Positions 58,568 through 60,447 of a stretch of DNA of 60,447 nt are shown in pieces. Location: positions 1 through 60,447 of IMG/VR virus record IMGVR_UViG_3300045282_000062; one strand, given 5' to 3'. Numbering within the stretch: position 1 is the stretch's first letter; every line of letters begins with the position of its first letter. Made by a program: the position numbers and the translations under genes. Below the pieces are notes generated by a model. It ran no database searches and was not told the origin of the DNA. It saw only the letters and a program-made list of their open reading frames with translations. The DNA comes from a virus (lineage: Duplodnaviria; Caudoviricetes).

Positions 58568-59563
58568 CTATAAATCTTTTTTGTAATAAAATCCTGTGGC
58601 AGTGTCAGCGCCCAATGGCAGCCCCACGGCCCATGATATCGGCGCTTTCATTATTTCATGTATCTGCTTTTTGGCGTCAGCGCTGGCGGCCACATCGCAT
58701 TCTATAATCACTTCATCATGCACATGGCCCACGATTTGAAAGCCAGCTGCGTCCAGCGCCAGCATTTTTTCAGCCAGCAGATCCCGGGCCGTGGCCTGGG
58801 TAATATTTTCAGCCAGCTTTCCGCCATAAGTAGGGACGCGCGCCCATTTATTTTTATCATCCACGCCCTCATAGGTTAGCTGCGGTCCAAATTTTCCATC
58901 TTCTAATTTCGGCCGCAAATACGCCAGCCTGCGGCCAGATGGTAATTTGATGTAGAATACATTCCGGTCCACCCACATCACAATTCCAAAATTTTTTACG
59001 CTAAGTCTTTCCTGCATCACGGTCAGGGCCATTTCCTGTAGGCTGTACCAAAAATTCACTATCCGGTCATTTGCTTCGCGCCAGGGGTTTACAATTTCCT
59101 GTTTTATGGCTTCAGCAGACAGGCCCAATTCTTTGCCCCCGGGCATTCGCAGGATGGCCCCACTGCTGCCCTGATAACCTAGCGCCAGTTCAGCTATTTT
59201 ACCCCGGCTGCGCCAAACGCTTTCCCTTGTCACTTCCTCAATTGGAACGTGAAACATTTTTGCCGCGCTGGCTTCATATATCTTTCCGCCGTTTTCAAAT
59301 AGATCCATGCGCCACTTTTCTTTTGCATACCAGGCGATCACACGGGCTTCAATTTGGGCGAAGTCTGAACAAATCAGTAAACAGATCAGTATAGTGGAAA
59401 CGCCCAAACGCACAAAACCACACAGCCAGTATTCCATAAAAAAGCCCATCAAAGGCAGCCTGTTAAAAAAGTCAACGCCAGGAATATTTCCATGGCCTGC
59501 TATCCACGGAATGAACACAATAGTGAGTGCAGTTAGTATTACAATACAAATGCGTTTGATCAT
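58568..59563 (-). CDS. Fusion of a 2-TM N-terminus with a second copy of the polymerase catalytic half (possibly a pseudogene)
   Basis: About 62 hydrophobic residues in frame with SDFAQIEAR...KIAELALGY...HVHDE. Confidence 0.65.
   Translation of the reverse strand: MIKRICIVILTALTIVFIPWIAGHGNIPGVDFFNRLPLMGFFMEYWLCGFVRLGVSTILICLLICSDFAQIEARVIAWYAKEKWRMDLFENGGKIYEASAAKMFHVPIEEVTRESVWRSRGKIAELALGYQGSSGAILRMPGGKELGLSAEAIKQEIVNPWREANDRIVNFWYSLQEMALTVMQERLSVKNFGIVMWVDRNVFYIKLPSGRRLAYLRPKLEDGKFGPQLTYEGVDDKNKWARVPTYGGKLAENITQATARDLLAEKMLALDAAGFQIVGHVHDEVIIECDVAASADAKKQIHEIMKAPISWAVGLPLGADTATGFYYKKDL
58907..59377. repeat. 471-bp exact direct repeat (copy 2)
   Basis: Identical to 1-471. Confidence 0.93.
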
Positions 59564-59569
59564 TTTATT

Positions 59570-59860
59570 TTATCTGTTTGATGTTTTATTGTGTTTGCAA
59601 TAAGAACAAACGCCCGCTATAATTGCCGATACTACAAGTAGGCACCAGTTTATTGCTAACATTTCTCCAAACCACTTTTCGGATTCATATTTAAATTCAA
59701 AAGACATTCCGATTAAAGTCAGCCCCACTTCAGCTACATTAATAAAAATCATCAGGACGAAAAAAACATTAGGCAAATTATTTTTCATTTCATTGCATTT
59801 AAAGATTAATGGTTTAGATAACCCCCGGAAAATATGCCATGCCATTTTCTTTTTCCGCAT
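59570..59860 (-). CDS. 2-TM membrane protein (start probably about 59788)
   Basis: Two hydrophobic segments. Confidence 0.55.
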   Translation of the reverse strand: MRKKKMAWHIFRGLSKPLIFKCNEMKNNLPNVFFVLMIFINVAEVGLTLIGMSFEFKYESEKWFGEMLAINWCLLVVSAIIAGVCSYCKHNKTSNR

Positions 59861-59979
59861 CTAGCGCACACACTGAATTCATCCACCACATTAAACATAT
59901 TATTAGGCCGCTTTAAATAATGCCACACTATTTTGTGGCCAGTGAAAAAGCAAACAATTTTTGAAAGTAGTTTTTTCAT
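59806..59979 (-). CDS. Small C-H-CxxC protein (DUF1660-like, 57 aa)
   Basis: Manual translation MKKLLSKIVCFFTGHK...VCARCGK. Confidence 0.55.
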   Translation of the reverse strand: MKKLLSKIVCFFTGHKIVWHYLKRPNNMFNVVDEFSVCARCGKRKWHGIFSGGYLNH

Positions 59980-59981
59980 TG

Positions 59982-60447
59982 TCACATATCTTTTCTGTAG
60001 TAAAATCCATCAGTAGTATCGGCACCCAAAGGCAAACCCGGCGCCCATGAAATTGGCGCCTTCATTATTTCATGTACCCGTTTTTTATCTGCAGCCACAG
60101 TTTTTGTGTCGCATTCAATTATCACTTCATCATGCACATGGCCCACAATACAAAAACCAGCAGCATCCAGCGCCAACATTTTTTCAGCCAGCAGATCACG
60201 CGCCGTGGCCTGCACAATATTTTCTGCCAGCTTTCCGCCGTAGGTAGGAATTCGGCCCCACTTATTCTTTTCGTCCACACCTTCATAGGTCAGCTGCGGG
60301 CCAAATTTGCCATCTTCAAGTTTCGGCCGCAAATACGCCAGCCTGCGGCCAGATGGTAATTTGATGTAGAATACATTCCGGTCCACCCACATCACAATTC
60401 CAAAATTTTTTACGCTAAGTCTTTCCTGCATCACGGTCAGGGCCATT
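59982..60447 (-). CDS. polA: C-terminal part of the full-length DNA polymerase (joins 1617..1)
   Basis: TYGGKLAENIVQATARD, motif C HVHDE, YYRKD end. Confidence 0.9.
   Translation of the reverse strand, partial: MALTVMQERLSVKNFGIVMWVDRNVFYIKLPSGRRLAYLRPKLEDGKFGPQLTYEGVDEKNKWGRIPTYGGKLAENIVQATARDLLAEKMLALDAAGFCIVGHVHDEVIIECDTKTVAADKKRVHEIMKAPISWAPGLPLGADTTDGFYYRKDM

Noticed and set aside
58568-60320. Diversity-generating retroelement template/variable repeat pair
   Set aside because: No reverse transcriptase; differences are not adenine-specific and are largely synonymous.
60321-60447. Terminal 127-bp repeat as a biological direct terminal repeat
   Set aside because: The length matches a common assembler k-mer and it falls in the middle of a gene; treated as circular overlap.
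1-60447. Stop-codon reassignment
   Set aside because: Genes are long and densely packed under the standard code, and TAA, TAG and TGA all end genes.

Overview
The window looks like the complete, circularly assembled genome (about 60.3 kb; bases 60321-60447 repeat bases 1-127) of a tailed, probably siphovirus-like phage. The host is inferred to be Bacteroidota, likely Chitinophagaceae-type, from TTTG-N19-TAnnTTT promoters, Gln+1 signal peptides and D-S/T O-glycosylation sequons. Almost all genes are on the minus strand. Replication genes: family A polymerase spanning the contig ends, DUF2815 SSB, DUF2800 nuclease, VirE-type primase-helicase, VRR-NUC and SNF2 helicase. Structural genes: terminase, a rearranged tail/portal/head module and a lysis cassette. 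Other modules: a glycosyltransferase/methyltransferase/radical-SAM cluster, a plus-strand early operon and an array of exported proteins. No integrase, CRISPR array or reverse transcriptase was recognised. Most notable: (1) cysteine-rich outer virion proteins together with a membrane CxxC protein, a candidate phage disulfide-forming system; (2) signal-peptide-bearing, sequon-rich fibre and PKD proteins plus a glycan-building locus; (3) strong depletion of the trinucleotide GAG/CTC in the core regions read by eye; (4) a duplicated polymerase segment with two alternative C-termini; (5) an expanded tRNA-like RNA between direct repeats; (6) an AGTACT-N5-AGTACT operator regulon. All functional calls come from motif recognition by eye, without database searches.
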